Shown piece by piece: positions 38,707-50,600 of a DNA stretch of 64,000 nt (position 1 is the stretch's first letter; every line of letters starts with the position of its first letter). Below the pieces are notes generated by a model. That model saw only the letters and a program-made list of their open reading frames with translations. It searched no databases and was not told the origin of the DNA. The stretch is from Minisyncoccota bacterium. Its GTDB lineage: Bacteria > Patescibacteriota > Minisyncoccia > UBA6257 > GWB1-50-10. The stretch is from contig JAYRXE010000033.1 of the NCBI GenBank assembly GCA_041917695.1, forward strand, positions 38,490-102,489, given 5' to 3'. Both the position numbers and the translations under genes were made by a program.

Positions 38707-40520
38707 TCCTGGTCTCCCTTCTTCTTTTCAGTTTCAGTGGATTCGACCGGTTTGCCGGTGTTTTTGGCGTTCGGGTTGGGAACAGTTGGCGGTGGGGTTT
38801 TTACTTTTTCGGCCTTCTGGCGCGGTGCGGTGGCTTTCGGGGCGTCGATTGGCGGGAGCGGGCGCGACTGCTGCTCGGGACTATTCGGTACGTCAATGCC
38901 TTGGGGGCGCTCGACGATGGTTTCGACTTCCCCTTCCGTAACGACTCGTGCCGTAACAAAAAAGAGCAGCTCCACCTCGGAGACGAGGCGGTCTTTGCGC
39001 TCGAAGAGTTTGCCGAGTCCAGGGATATTGGCGAGACCGGGAACCCTGTTCAAATTCAGCGACTCTTGGTTCGAGAGTAATCCGGAAATGAGGATCGTTC
39101 CGCCATTCGGGCAAGGCACAGTTGTCGAGGCCGTTTGCCGCGTGATGAGCGGTAAACCATTTACTGTACTTCCATTGGGTGAATCATTCTTGATGTCGAT
39201 TTTCAGTATGATTTGGTCACCGGCGACTTGGGGTGTGACGGTAAAGCCAAGCGAGGCATTTGCGAACTGGGTGGTTTGGGCCACTCCGACGCCGCCGGCC
39301 CCGCCCGCCACTGGGGAAGCCTGTACATAGGGGATGTCCACCCCGTTCCCCAACTGTGCTTGCATGTTATTAAACACCTTGGTACGTGGGGCGAGGATGG
39401 TTCTGCCGATTCCCTTCGTCTCTAGCGCGTTGATTGCTGCCGACAGGGAATAGGTCCCACGGCTCAAAACGAAACCGAAAGCACTGTTGGCAGCCGAACC
39501 AAGACCCAAAGTCCCATTCGGCTGCCCCCCCGGAATTTGTGGCGCGCCAACCGGTCGAACTCCGGCAATCGGATTCGGAGTGGTACCGCCCTGAACTCCG
39601 AGTCCAGTGGAATTTGCACCGGCATTGATGATCACACCAAGGTTGCGGGTAAAGTCGCGGCGCGCGACGACGACGCGGGCCTCAATCTCGATCACCGGTT
39701 CCGGTTTATCCAATTGGTCGAGTATGTTCTGGACACGATCCTGGGCTACAGGCGTGTCATTGACGATCAACGAATTGCTCTCCGGATCTTCCTGGACCGT
39801 TCCGATTTGAGTCAACAAGCTCGTGATGATGGCCTTGAGTCCGCTCCCCTGGAGGGCTCCCGCGTTTGGCCCGCCCGTGCTTCCTCCCCCGGCACCTCCC
39901 GCGCTGGTAACACTCGTGTCGGCCCCGCTTTGGCCGGCGCGAAGAAATGCTCCCGTCCGCACATTACGGTTCTTGAGTTTGTAGATTTTTTGGATTCTTG
40001 TTCCGTTCAGTTCGGTCGTTTCGCGTTCCTTTCGAATCTGCTCCTCTTCATCGGAAGAAGCTTTAATCGTCATGACCCGGAAAATTTCGGTTTCTGTGTC
40101 GTCCCGCCGGATCGTCAGGCGCTTTGCCCGCAGCACCGACCGAACGACAACGTTCCAGGGCTGCTTGCTGACGCGGACCGAAATCGAGGTTTTCGGGACT
40201 GACTCGTCAATCACGTAATTCAGCCCGAAATTATTGTTGAAGAACTCTAGAAATTCGTAGAGATCGGTCCCGTTGAGTTCCAGCGAAATTTCTTCGCCTC
40301 GAAAATCGGGTTCAAGAAACCTACTCCCTTCCGATTTGTCTTTTTTTGATCCTGCCGGGGCCGCGGGGGGAACTGGATTGGTCCCTTCGGTTGCCGGTTG
40401 GACGGCCGGAGCTTCGGTTTTTTTGTTCGCTGTCTTTCGGCGCCCGGAAGGAATACTCGCGAATGTCGGGGTCGAGGCCAGAAGTATGAGGGCCAGTGCC
40501 AGGATTGCTTTCGGTTTCAT
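38703..40520 (-). CDS. Secretin (GspD/PilQ family outer-membrane channel)
   Basis: Signal peptide MKPKAILALALILLASTPTFA. Secretin C-domain signature VPGLANIPGLGKLF...LLFFVTARVV. N-domain LIVNDTP. Confidence 0.85.
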   Translation of the reverse strand: MKPKAILALALILLASTPTFASIPSGRRKTANKKTEAPAVQPATEGTNPVPPAAPAGSKKDKSEGSRFLEPDFRGEEISLELNGTDLYEFLEFFNNNFGLNYVIDESVPKTSISVRVSKQPWNVVVRSVLRAKRLTIRRDDTETEIFRVMTIKASSDEEEQIRKERETTELNGTRIQKIYKLKNRNVRTGAFLRAGQSGADTSVTSAGGAGGGSTGGPNAGALQGSGLKAIITSLLTQIGTVQEDPESNSLIVNDTPVAQDRVQNILDQLDKPEPVIEIEARVVVARRDFTRNLGVIINAGANSTGLGVQGGTTPNPIAGVRPVGAPQIPGGQPNGTLGLGSAANSAFGFVLSRGTYSLSAAINALETKGIGRTILAPRTKVFNNMQAQLGNGVDIPYVQASPVAGGAGGVGVAQTTQFANASLGFTVTPQVAGDQIILKIDIKNDSPNGSTVNGLPLITRQTASTTVPCPNGGTILISGLLSNQESLNLNRVPGLANIPGLGKLFERKDRLVSEVELLFFVTARVVTEGEVETIVERPQGIDVPNSPEQQSRPLPPIDAPKATAPRQKAEKVKTPPPTVPNPNAKNTGKPVESTETEKKKGDQE

Positions 40521-40707
40521 TTCTCTTTTCCCTTTTCTTTGGTTTGAGCGTTGTTTCGGTCAATTCTTTTCGAGAGACCGAGTAAGAGTCGAATCAGGAC
40601 ACTTCGGTCCAGGTTCTCGCCGCCGGGGACTTTTAGTTGCAGCTCTACCAGCTCATCCCGGCTCAGTTTGACCTCGGTTTTCACGATTTCAGTTTGGGGT
40701 TGATCCA
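40517..40707 (-). CDS. Small hypothetical protein, first gene of the secretin operon
   Basis: 63 aa MDQPQTEIVKTEVKLSRDELVELQLKV.... The stop overlaps the secretin start. Confidence 0.3.
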
Positions 40708-41323
40708 TGTGGATGTTCTCGGGCTTGATTTTGGTGACAAACCGGATCGGTCTGTCGTAACAAGGTAAAGTTGAAGAAGTGCGATTGGGGGGGGCAGGAA
40801 AGTACGTTCTGCTGGGTAAGCATCCACCCTGCATTCAGTGACAATATGTAAGGTCAGGGTGAATATCCTTGTTTGGCCCAGAAAAAGTCAATATATAGCC
40901 TGAAAAAAGTTATCTTTTGCCGAAGGAGAACCAAATACTCGAACTCCAATCAAGAAAACTCGGGTGTGATTTTCCGTAACTTGCTCCATTTCAAAATCTT
41001 CCGCCTCATTCTGTGCTTCAGTACCGATCAGGATTTTGCCTTGGACTTGATTCCTTCTGGCTTCACCTTTTAATCCTGATGGAAGGCGGCTTCGATCCAC
41101 TTTCTGGCCGAACCTGTCGCCGCGCTTTCAATGAATTTGCGGTTCCGCGTTTTAAGTTCCACAGGGGCGGGCCCCGTCTGGGCAGTCGTCGAAGCCAGTC
41201 CATTCGTGCTCTCTGCGCGCGCCGGAAAGCTTGATGAACAGAAAATGAGTCGGCTCATGACGAGAGAGGCCTTTCGGTGCGGTCGAGATAATTCTTTCAG
41301 CGTGTTGTTGCACCCATCAAATA

Positions 41324-41339
41324 GACAAACCGCGTGCCA
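41324..41339 (-). promoter_or_regulatory. Sigma-54-like -24/-12 promoter candidate for the secretin operon
   Basis: Minus strand TGGCACGCGGTTTGTC has TGGCACG with -12 TTGT instead of TTGC. It lies 52 bp downstream of the 22-bp palindrome. Confidence 0.4.
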
Positions 41340-41390
41340 GAACTTACCTTTTTCTAAGTTATTGATTTCATTGGATTTTCTTGTAATCGT

Positions 41391-41442
41391 AAAACTGTCC
41401 TTTCTGTCAGTTTTTCAATAACTGACAGAAAGGACAGTTTTA
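41391..41442. promoter_or_regulatory. Perfect 22-bp inverted repeat with an 8-nt spacer. It is built from two repeat-family sites and may be an enhancer, a bidirectional terminator or an oriT.
   Basis: AAAACTGTCCTTTCTGTCAGTT-tttcaata-AACTGACAGAAAGGACAGTTTT. It sits between the 3' end of the giant gene and the secretin operon promoter. Confidence 0.8.
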
Positions 41443-41664
41443 CAGGGGCTAGATTCTTCACTTGAGACTCAAAAAAAGGGGTATCTAGGCTTTTTTTTCG
41501 GCCACCGGGTCAGGATGGAATTTGCCTTGTCGCCAGCTTATTTGGGTTCGTTCCTCGACGGTCTGAACGACATAAAGGACACCTGTTACCGCTGCTCGAC
41601 CTTGGTGAGAGCCATGACAACCGAGTCGTGTTCGGACTTTTTTCGCCCACCCCGCGCGCTTGAA

Positions 41665-44600
41665 CTACATACCCCAACCCAAATCATGAAAACTCGGTTT
41701 AGGTTTTTCTGTCTTTTTCTCCCGTTCAAACCGTGCCGGATAGTCTTGTGTTTCCACGCCGACGAGGGCCCCTGAAGTGGGTTTGAATTCTCCGTGACTC
41801 ACGCTCTCGCCCCGATAGATTGCGGCCTCGATCCGCTTCCTTCCGAAACCGGTATCGGCGAGAACTCCGGCAAGAGCTTCCGGACGAAGATGGTTCGATA
41901 CTTGCAAACCTGCCTGGCCGTTCAAGGTTTCGATCACCCGAATTTGTCCCGCCATCTTTTCCAGCATCGACGTTGCCTGGTTTCTCAGCTTGGTGAATTC
42001 CCCATAGGTCAGCTTTCCTTTCTGAGCGCTCTCGACGAAGTTTCGAGTCAGGTTTTTCACTTCCACCGGGGCTGGTTCCGCTTGAGTCTGGGGCGAAGCC
42101 AGTTCATCCAAAATCTCCTTGGTGACCACAAAGAGTTCCGCCGGCTTGATTGCCGCCAGCTTCTCCAGCACCCTGGCATGGACGGGAGCTTCCTCCATGA
42201 GGCTGATCTCCGACCGGCTCATACATGCCCGCGCGACCTTCTCGGTTCCCATCAAGGTTCGCGCGGTGGCTTGAATCCCGCTCGCAGGATCGCCGTTGTT
42301 GGCCCACTTCTTGAGCGCGGCGAGCGGGTCGCTTCCTTGTCGGGACAGGAGAATCCTTCCCTCGGCTTCCGATTTCGGAAGGGAGGTCACCCCTTGTTTA
42401 CAAAGAATATCGGCTGAACTTCGGGTGAGGGGAAGGTCGGCTACATCCGCCAATTTCCGGATCACCTGGCTGTTTTCACTGACCGGCGCTTTCGGGAACG
42501 CCTGCTGGAACTTGATGGCAGCCTTTTCTATCCGGTGGTTGATCTCATTGGCGACTTGTACCGCCACGGCCTTCCAGGTCTCGGTCGCTTCCGGCGAAAA
42601 TTCCCCCTCCGCCAGAACCCAACCCATTTCCTTGAGTGTTTTCGCGCAATGTTTCGGTGCGGTCGGGGCCACTCCGATCGCGTTCTCTATAGCGGTCGCC
42701 ATCCGGGATGCCATTGTCCGCCGTTCGTCCAGTTCCTTGGACATTTCTTGAAACGACTGGTGCCATTCCGATTCGAGGTTCTGGGCGGCTTCAATCTGGG
42801 CAGGCGTTTTTGCCGATTTCAAAAATGCTTCAATGTCTTTGCTTGACCACGGTCGTTGAGGACTGGTCAGAAGACCAAAAGCACCCTCAAGGTTACTCTG
42901 TACTTCTGGTTTGACCTGAATCAGGACCTCCGATTCGTTCAACTGGGAAACCAGGTAATCCCCGGTGAATCGGTTCGTTTCGCGCAGTGCTTCAAGCCGC
43001 CCGATAACCTCTTCAGGCATTTCCTGCTTGATGTCGATTTTCTGCGCCAACTTGTCAAACGCTTCGGAATCCTGTTTTTCAGCGGCATCCAAAAGCGTTC
43101 TGGCATACCGGCGGTTGAGTGGGTCGGCGCAGGATTCCAAAGCCGGATGGTAGGCCGGAGAATTCCAGCGAGTCGCAGTTTCCGCGGCTTTCAGCAACAT
43201 CTGGATTTCCGGCTCGGCTTCCTCTAGCTCTCTGGCGATCAGGACGTGACGGGCCAGCGCTTTCTCAATATCCAAACCTTGGGGCAAATCCCGCTCGACC
43301 GAAGCATCCGCGAAAGTGAAGACCTGCTCCCTGATTTCCTTTGGGGAAATAAAGTCGTTTCGGGTACGCATCCGGAATGATTGCCTGTCGATAATGTCGC
43401 TGCTCCGGGTTAAACGATTTTCCAGATCCCGCAAAACCGAAAAGGCCGGGTCACTCACCTTGAGGTTTGCAAGGTCGTTCCCAAATGCCTTGATATCCGA
43501 GTCTTCGGCCTCAACGTCTGTTTTGGTGAAAGTTTCTTCGCCTTCATAAACGATTGATTCTCTCTCCACGGTGATAATTACGCCGTCGCGCAGCACGTCG
43601 TAACCGGATTCCCGTAAAAATCCGCTCACGGCTTTGCCCATGCCGGTTCCGCTTGCCTGGTAGTACGTGGAAATTTCTGAAGCCGATGGGTTGGTTTTCG
43701 GATCGAAAACCCTTCTTGGCGAGAGAGCGACGAGACGGTAATCCTCTCCGTCAATCATATCCGAGGCATCCGTTATGACCCGGTATCCGAGCGGCCGATT
43801 GGGTCCAACATCGGCCTTGGGAACGATGACTCTTTCCACCGGGATTTGGAACGTCTCGGCTTTTTTCAATGCTCCAGCGTAGACGCTTTCAGGTTTCGCC
43901 CCGAGTTCAACCATCTGGCGTCGTAAGTCCAGAAGTGTTGCATGGGGATTGATGGAACTATTCCGACGCTCGAAATAGGCATCCATCTGTTCGAACGTCG
44001 CTGGCGCCTGTTCACGGCGGGTTCTGGACTCGTCGGCCAAAACAAACGGAAGTCGCTCTTTTTGAACCTCTGAAACTTGCGCGCCGGCTTTACTGAAGAA
44101 CGCAGTCAATTTTTCAGCGAGCCCCTCGAATTGAACTTCCCGAACCCGGTTCTCGATGACCGTCACCGGCATAAAGCCAACGATCAGTCCCTCATTTTCA
44201 GGGACCGCCGGTTCAACCGGGATCGGGGTGGTCTCCGCCGAAGTGCTGAAACTCCCATTGATCTCGCCTTCCGTGAATTGAACTGGTTGTTCAACGTCAC
44301 TTCTGGTTCGTTCCCCTTCCGTTTGGTTGGGAACAACCTCCAGGACTTTGGCGGTTTCGATGATTGATTGGGCCGAGACCGGAAGGACCTCTTTTCCAAG
44401 TTCCAGGGCGACCTCCGCCCCGAACACGAAGTTCTGCATCTCCGTCGCCTGACCATAGTTCTCATCCGCGAATCTGCATTCCCAGTTTCCGTTCAACCCT
44501 TCCAGTTGAACCGTCTCACCAACCTTGTTCGAATCCCGAACCTTTCCTCCGAGCAAGGTTTCAATTTCGTCAAAGGATTCCATCAAGGCCTCGTCGAGTC

Positions 44601-47600
44601 CTTCCCGTATCCGGAGTGCCTGAAGGGCAACCTGTTTGCCGGCGAGGGCGGTTTCCATGATTTGGCCTTCAAGTGGGCGGATGGTGACAAGTGCGTACCC
44701 CATCAGTGATTCATAAGGGTCGGCAAAATATTCTGTGACCGCCCCAAAAGTTGTGCCACGTTCGGTCCCGTAACCGGATTGACTGATGGCCCGGCCGGTT
44801 TCGTTCGCCTGCGCCCCGTCCAGCCCGATCTTGACGACATTTGCCACGAAGGTTTTTCCCGTCGGTGCGGGAGACAACTTCAACTGATCCTCCAGCCCTT
44901 GAATGGAATCCGGGTGGGAAAAATCACCGACCCCGATCAAAGCGCTATGCGTTTGGGGTGTCAGGAATTTGGCTATCCTTGCGGCGGTGCGCGAGTTCTC
45001 CAGGCTGTCATCAGAAATCATTTGAACCAGGATGATTTTTGAAACTCGAAATTCCTCGCTCTGACCTTCCGCGTGGATGAAATGGGCCGGCAGACCGGGT
45101 TCGACTTTTTCGACTTCTGGAGTTGCTGACTTGATTTCGGTTTCAACCCGAACTTCTCGCGCATTCACTTCCGACACATCGAGCCTGTTTGCGGGGGCTG
45201 CGCTCGTTTCTCCGACTGGTGGCACCAAGCCGTTCTTGAATGCCTCGATGGTGACGAACGATTCCCCCTCGAACATCCACCTGGCCGACCATCCGGATTT
45301 GTAATCCACGGCGGTCCGGGTCTGATTCACACGACCGAATTTTTCCCGAGTCGTGTCGGTGATGAAATCATAGACGCTCTTGTGAACCACGTAGCGCTGG
45401 AGACCTGAATAAGCCGAATCTCGGCTCTCTCCAAGCAAAATTCGGAGATTTTTATCAGGGCTTTCAAGCACGACCAGGTTGGTTCGTTGCTGCGAAGGCG
45501 TTTGACTGCTGATCTCCGGTTCGGGTTCAATTCCCGAATTCGGCGACCTGCTTTCAAGCAATGTGGTCAGTGGAGCTTCGACTCCTTGAGGCCCAGGCGT
45601 TTCTTTTACCCGAGTCACGTTTTCACTTACTGGGGCGACAGGTTCTGCGGGGGTGGTCTGAACCGGTTCCAAATCGTCTGAAACATCCGACGCCTGTCCG
45701 GCCTTCTCACGCCTGACCTTTTCCACGAAATTCCGATAAAGGCTCGTCGTCAACCCCGTTCGATATACATTCTCCACATAGTCTCTCCCGTTGTACCGGG
45801 CAATTTTTGCTTGACCATCCAGTTCCGGGCGTTTGTCACCCCGTTTATTGATTTGGATTTTCAGCTCGCTCAATTCGTTTCGAGCATCTTCAAGCTCTTG
45901 GGACTGGGGAAACTCTTTCAAACGGGTAATCGTTTCGTCGCCATTCTGGATTTCCTCGTAGATGGCAGATCGAAGCGTATCCCGCCGCCGTTCAAATACG
46001 TCTTTCATTGAGGCATTTTTTTCGAGTTCACGCTTGATGGCCGTCAGTTCGAGGTTGGCAATCCTGAACAGTTCTTCCGGTTGTTCCTGGTTAAAGATGA
46101 GATGCCGTTGCCGGCCCTCAAAGTCGATGACGAGGATTCTTTGGGGGAGTTCAAGTGCGTACTCCTCGATACTGGCAATTCGTCCTCCCCGATACTTCCC
46201 GATCAAGACGAACCCCGACTCATTGCGTAAAACGGCCTGGCTTTGACGTTCGACGATGTAGGCCCCGGCTTCTTTCTTGTTTGACATGACTTCCCCATCG
46301 GGAAGTGAGAACTCGAATTCCTTGGTTTCCGATTCGTCGATCAATCTGGTCAATTCATTGAGCCGCGTGCCCTTTTCTCCCAGATCACGTAGCTCACGTT
46401 CCGCACTGGCAATCTCCCATTGGGTTGTGGATCGCCATCGGTTAAACGCTTTGGCCTTTCTTTCCAGTGCCTCGACCTCGACCTGCTTCTCGTGGGCTTG
46501 GAGAGCGAGGGTATCCCGGCTGGCGATAGCCGCAATTTGCTCGGCGGTCAGGTCATCTTCAGAAACGTCAAACGTCATTGGCGCGTTTTCGACATCCGAC
46601 CTGACCCATCCCATGAACTCACTGATGATTTCCGACTTGTTGCCAAGGTATTTTGCAAAGAAGTCGTCAACCCCTTCCTTGACGACGCGAACTACCTGTA
46701 CCGCTTCGTTCTCATTCCCCGGACGTACTCCCCGACCGACGCATTGAATTTCGTTTCGGGGCGTATATCCGTTGTGAAGGAGATACTGGGCAATGACCTT
46801 CTTTTGAACGTTTGTTCCGGTTCCCAATCTTGCGGTTGATCCTATGGCAACAATGGCGTCACCATCATTCAGGCGCTGTTGCGCGCGGATCCGCTCTTCG
46901 TCGCCCGTAATGTTTGAAAAATTGAGGACCTTGTTTTTCGGGATGCCTTTCTGCTCCAGGAGGCGGATCAGATCCTCGACCGCGCTGATGCCTTTCTGAT
47001 TGGGATGGACTCCGAAATCGGTGAAAACCAGTTGGACCTTGTTCGGGTATTCCGACGCCATCGAGACAATCATGTCGGCGGTCATTTCAATTTTCCCATT
47101 CGGGTTGGGAATGATGTCGTCCCGATACAGCAGGTTCGTATGCACCGAAATCTGCTTTAACTCATTCACCAGCCGCATGCGCTCACCGGTTGTATCCCTG
47201 CCCAAATTTCTTGCCTTTTGAGCAATTTCATTCAAGAGGAATTCCTCGTACTCGGTAATGGGGGATACCGCAACGATGGTTTGAGCCTTGGGTGGGTTCA
47301 GGTCGGCAGCCGTGCCGGGGCCGAAAGTGACAAACGATTTTGCCCAACGAACGAGGTCCGGAATCGAGTCATACCCACGAACCCTGGTCTGGACCTTCAT
47401 CCCGTCCATCGTTCGTTCGAGCCGCCCTGAAACCCGAAGGAAGTTATTGACGAAGCCCTGAAGGTTGTCGGCCCCAGGGGGCATCATGTCGAGCATTTTC
47501 CCCCAATTGAAAATTTCTACCGCGGTATTCACGATGGGGGTCGCGGTCATCAGGACGGTTCTGTGATTTGCCCCTCCTTCAACACATTGGCGGTACAGGA

Positions 47601-50600
47601 TCGACATTTTCATCCTGAAATCGACGGCCATATCCGAGCCGGTTCCATCGGGAACACCCTTGATACTCCGGACGGCCGAAGAGGCATCTGGATGAGCCAT
47701 CCCCCGTACTTTGTCGTCCACTTCGTCGGCAATAAACGCGATGTTTTCCCGTCCGATCAGACGTTCCCACGTCAACATCTTTGATCCGATCCGGCTGTCT
47801 TTGACGATGCCCTCAAGGTATTGGGTCCTTTCAAGAGCAATGTATTTGACGGCCGAAACGATTTGTTCTTCAGCTTGACTGGAAACCTGTTTGGCATTGA
47901 GCCTTGCATCCTCCCTGGGAGCGCCCGACCATTTGATTTCCGGGCAGGCAAGTTTCATCTCCGAAACTTTGGAATAAGCGATCTTACCGATTTCCCCATT
48001 CCTGTTTTCCGACGACAGGATTTCTTTCAATTCGTGTTCGGCGGCCGAAACAATCTCGTTGGCCACGGCTTTCGCCCGGTTCTCATACGACTCCAGAGCA
48101 ACTTTGATGATGGATTGCTGTTCCGGTTCGAACTGGTACAGGTTGTCCTTGACGGCATCGAAGTATCTTTGGGAGATCCTGGCCTCAATCTCCGCCATTT
48201 TTCGTTCCAACTGTTTGGTCCTGAACTTTGAACCGGTTTCCAGTTCTTCATGGTAGGCCTGTCGCACCCGCTCGATTTCGTCCTGGACGATGCGGGTGAA
48301 ATTTTCCGGGTGAATCGGAATCCGTGAAAAGTCCTCATACGTCATTACGACAAAGTCGAAATCATTCGTCAGTCCCCGCATCAAGGTCGCATGTTTTGCC
48401 GTCCAATCCGTCAAACCGGAGGTGGTCAGGATGCGTTTACCGGGGAAAAACCGCTGAATTTCGCCAACGAACTGGGCAAGGTTGGTCTTTTTGCAGACGA
48501 TGATCCCTTTCTCCACGGCTCCGATTTCTTGCAGTTTCGAAACCGTCAACGCCGCCAATCCGGTTTTCCCGCCACCGACATCCCGGGTGACGAGGGAAGC
48601 CCGGCGATGGAGGATTTCCTGCACGACCGGGAGTGTCCAGGCCCGCGGGTCGATATCAGTTGCCAGCCCCGCGAAGGTCATCCCTTCACCGGTGAATTTT
48701 GGTTGTACAATGCTGTTCATCGTCGAGTTGTAGATCTGCTCGATGACGGTTCGCCGGTTGACGATTTCCTCATTCGTCCCCATGACTTCTCGGGTCTCAC
48801 CGGATTCGCCCGTCCAGATCCAGCGGGCGAACCACTCGTTGGCTTTCTCGATTTTGACCTCGATATCAGCCATTGCGGCTTCGTTGATTTCCCCGTCTTC
48901 GTTTTTGATGACAATCTGTTTGGCATTGAAAGCGGCTTCGAGAACCGCGTCCCAACCGGCTTCATCTGTTCCAAAAGCTAACTTCAGGTCCGAATGAGAA
49001 CTAAAACCAAGCAACCGGCTATCGACGGACCATTCACCGCTATGCGGGTTTCGACTGATTTCAATCGTTTCCCGATCTACCTTTCCGGTTATGGAATTGT
49101 ATTTCTTGTGGATCGCCTCGAAGATAAACCGTTCAAAGTACTCGGTCGGAATAAACGGTTTGCCCAACCTGACAGGAATCTCGTCGTAGTGGCGCCAAGG
49201 GGGAAGCACTCCCTTCAATGCTTCAACGTTCGCCTCGAATTCGGGCATGGTTCTGGCTGAGAATTCCGCCTGCTTGAGTTTCTCCCGGACATTTCCCGAC
49301 AGATATTCGACGGAGGTCACCAAACTCCGATTCAATGGGTCACGGAAGGCAAGTTTTCGGTCCAGGAGTTCCGCCAGAACCTCACCTTCGGACAATCCGA
49401 GTTGCTTTCCGATGGTTGCCGGGTCGAGTTTTTGCCGGGTATTGATGGCTTCGAGCACGGCGTTTTCGACGTTGGCGATTTTGCCTTTTTCGAACCTCCT
49501 CGAAACTGGTCCTTTGAGTATCCCGGCTTCCTTACCCTCCGATTCGAGGCTCATCAGGAGAGAACGATCCGGATGCCAACTCATCAGCAACAGGTTCTGC
49601 TTTGTGTTCAGGCGACCCCGCGCGGATACGAAATTCCGATACTCGTTCTGAAGTTTTTGTCGTTCGGACTCGGCTTCCGGTAAACCAAGTTCGTCCAGTT
49701 GGTAGACTTGCCGCAACGTATTGGCAAGCTCGCTCAATTTTCCAATCCGAACCACCTCTTCTCGGGTAACCGTTTTCTTTTCGAGTCCGTTCTTTCCAAT
49801 GACCAGGAGATGATCGGTCGCAATTTTGCCCTGGACTCCGAATTCATTTGTAACCCGGTACAAGGTCCCCCCTTCAACCAGATAGGGAAGGGACGGTTCT
49901 TCGAGAATCACTGGCGGTCGTTTGGGAATCGACGAGTCGCTCACCGAGTTTTGCAGCGCCGGGACCTTCTCAACCGCCTTCTTCAGCGCGTCGCGTAATT
50001 CGCCTTGACCTTCCACGATCAGATCATATCCGTGCATTCCGTGGCCAAGTCTTTTGTCTCCCAGAATCTGATCCGGGTTATCCAGGAAATACTGGTTGAT
50101 GTAGCGGTCGGCAAGTTCTTCGCCGTTTACCTCAAGGCGTTGGGTTGTCAACCAGGATGACTCGATCTTCTCGATGCCTGGGCCACGTTTTTGGAAAATC
50201 AGAATGTCCGTGATGACCTGCGTCCCTGCATTTTTCTGAAATGCCCCCGATGGCAGGCGGAATGCCTTCACGAGATTAGCCCGGTCCTCCACCCACTGCC
50301 GGAATTTCTGATCGACCTTGTCCATGAAATACCGGGAATTAACCAGGATCATCACGCCTCCCGGCCGCATTTCATTGATCGCTTTTGCCATGAACACTTC
50401 ATGGTTCGGGCATTTGGAAACGACTGGGTCACTGGCAAACATCGGCGCAAAAAGCCGACCAGTTCCAAAAGGAGGGTTCCCTATCACGATGTCATAATAA
50501 TCCGTCGGCAGATTTGCCGTCCCGTAATTCCCCTTGTGGATGATGTCTTTAGGGAACAGGTAACTGGCAATTTCCTGGCTCAGGCTGTCGAGTTCGACCC

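Noticed and set aside
40888-41100. 70-aa minus-strand ORF with a GTG start inside the 830-bp intergenic region
   Set aside because: It has no RBS and no motif. It lies within the putative 5' leader downstream of the sigma-54 promoter, so it cannot be supported as a gene.
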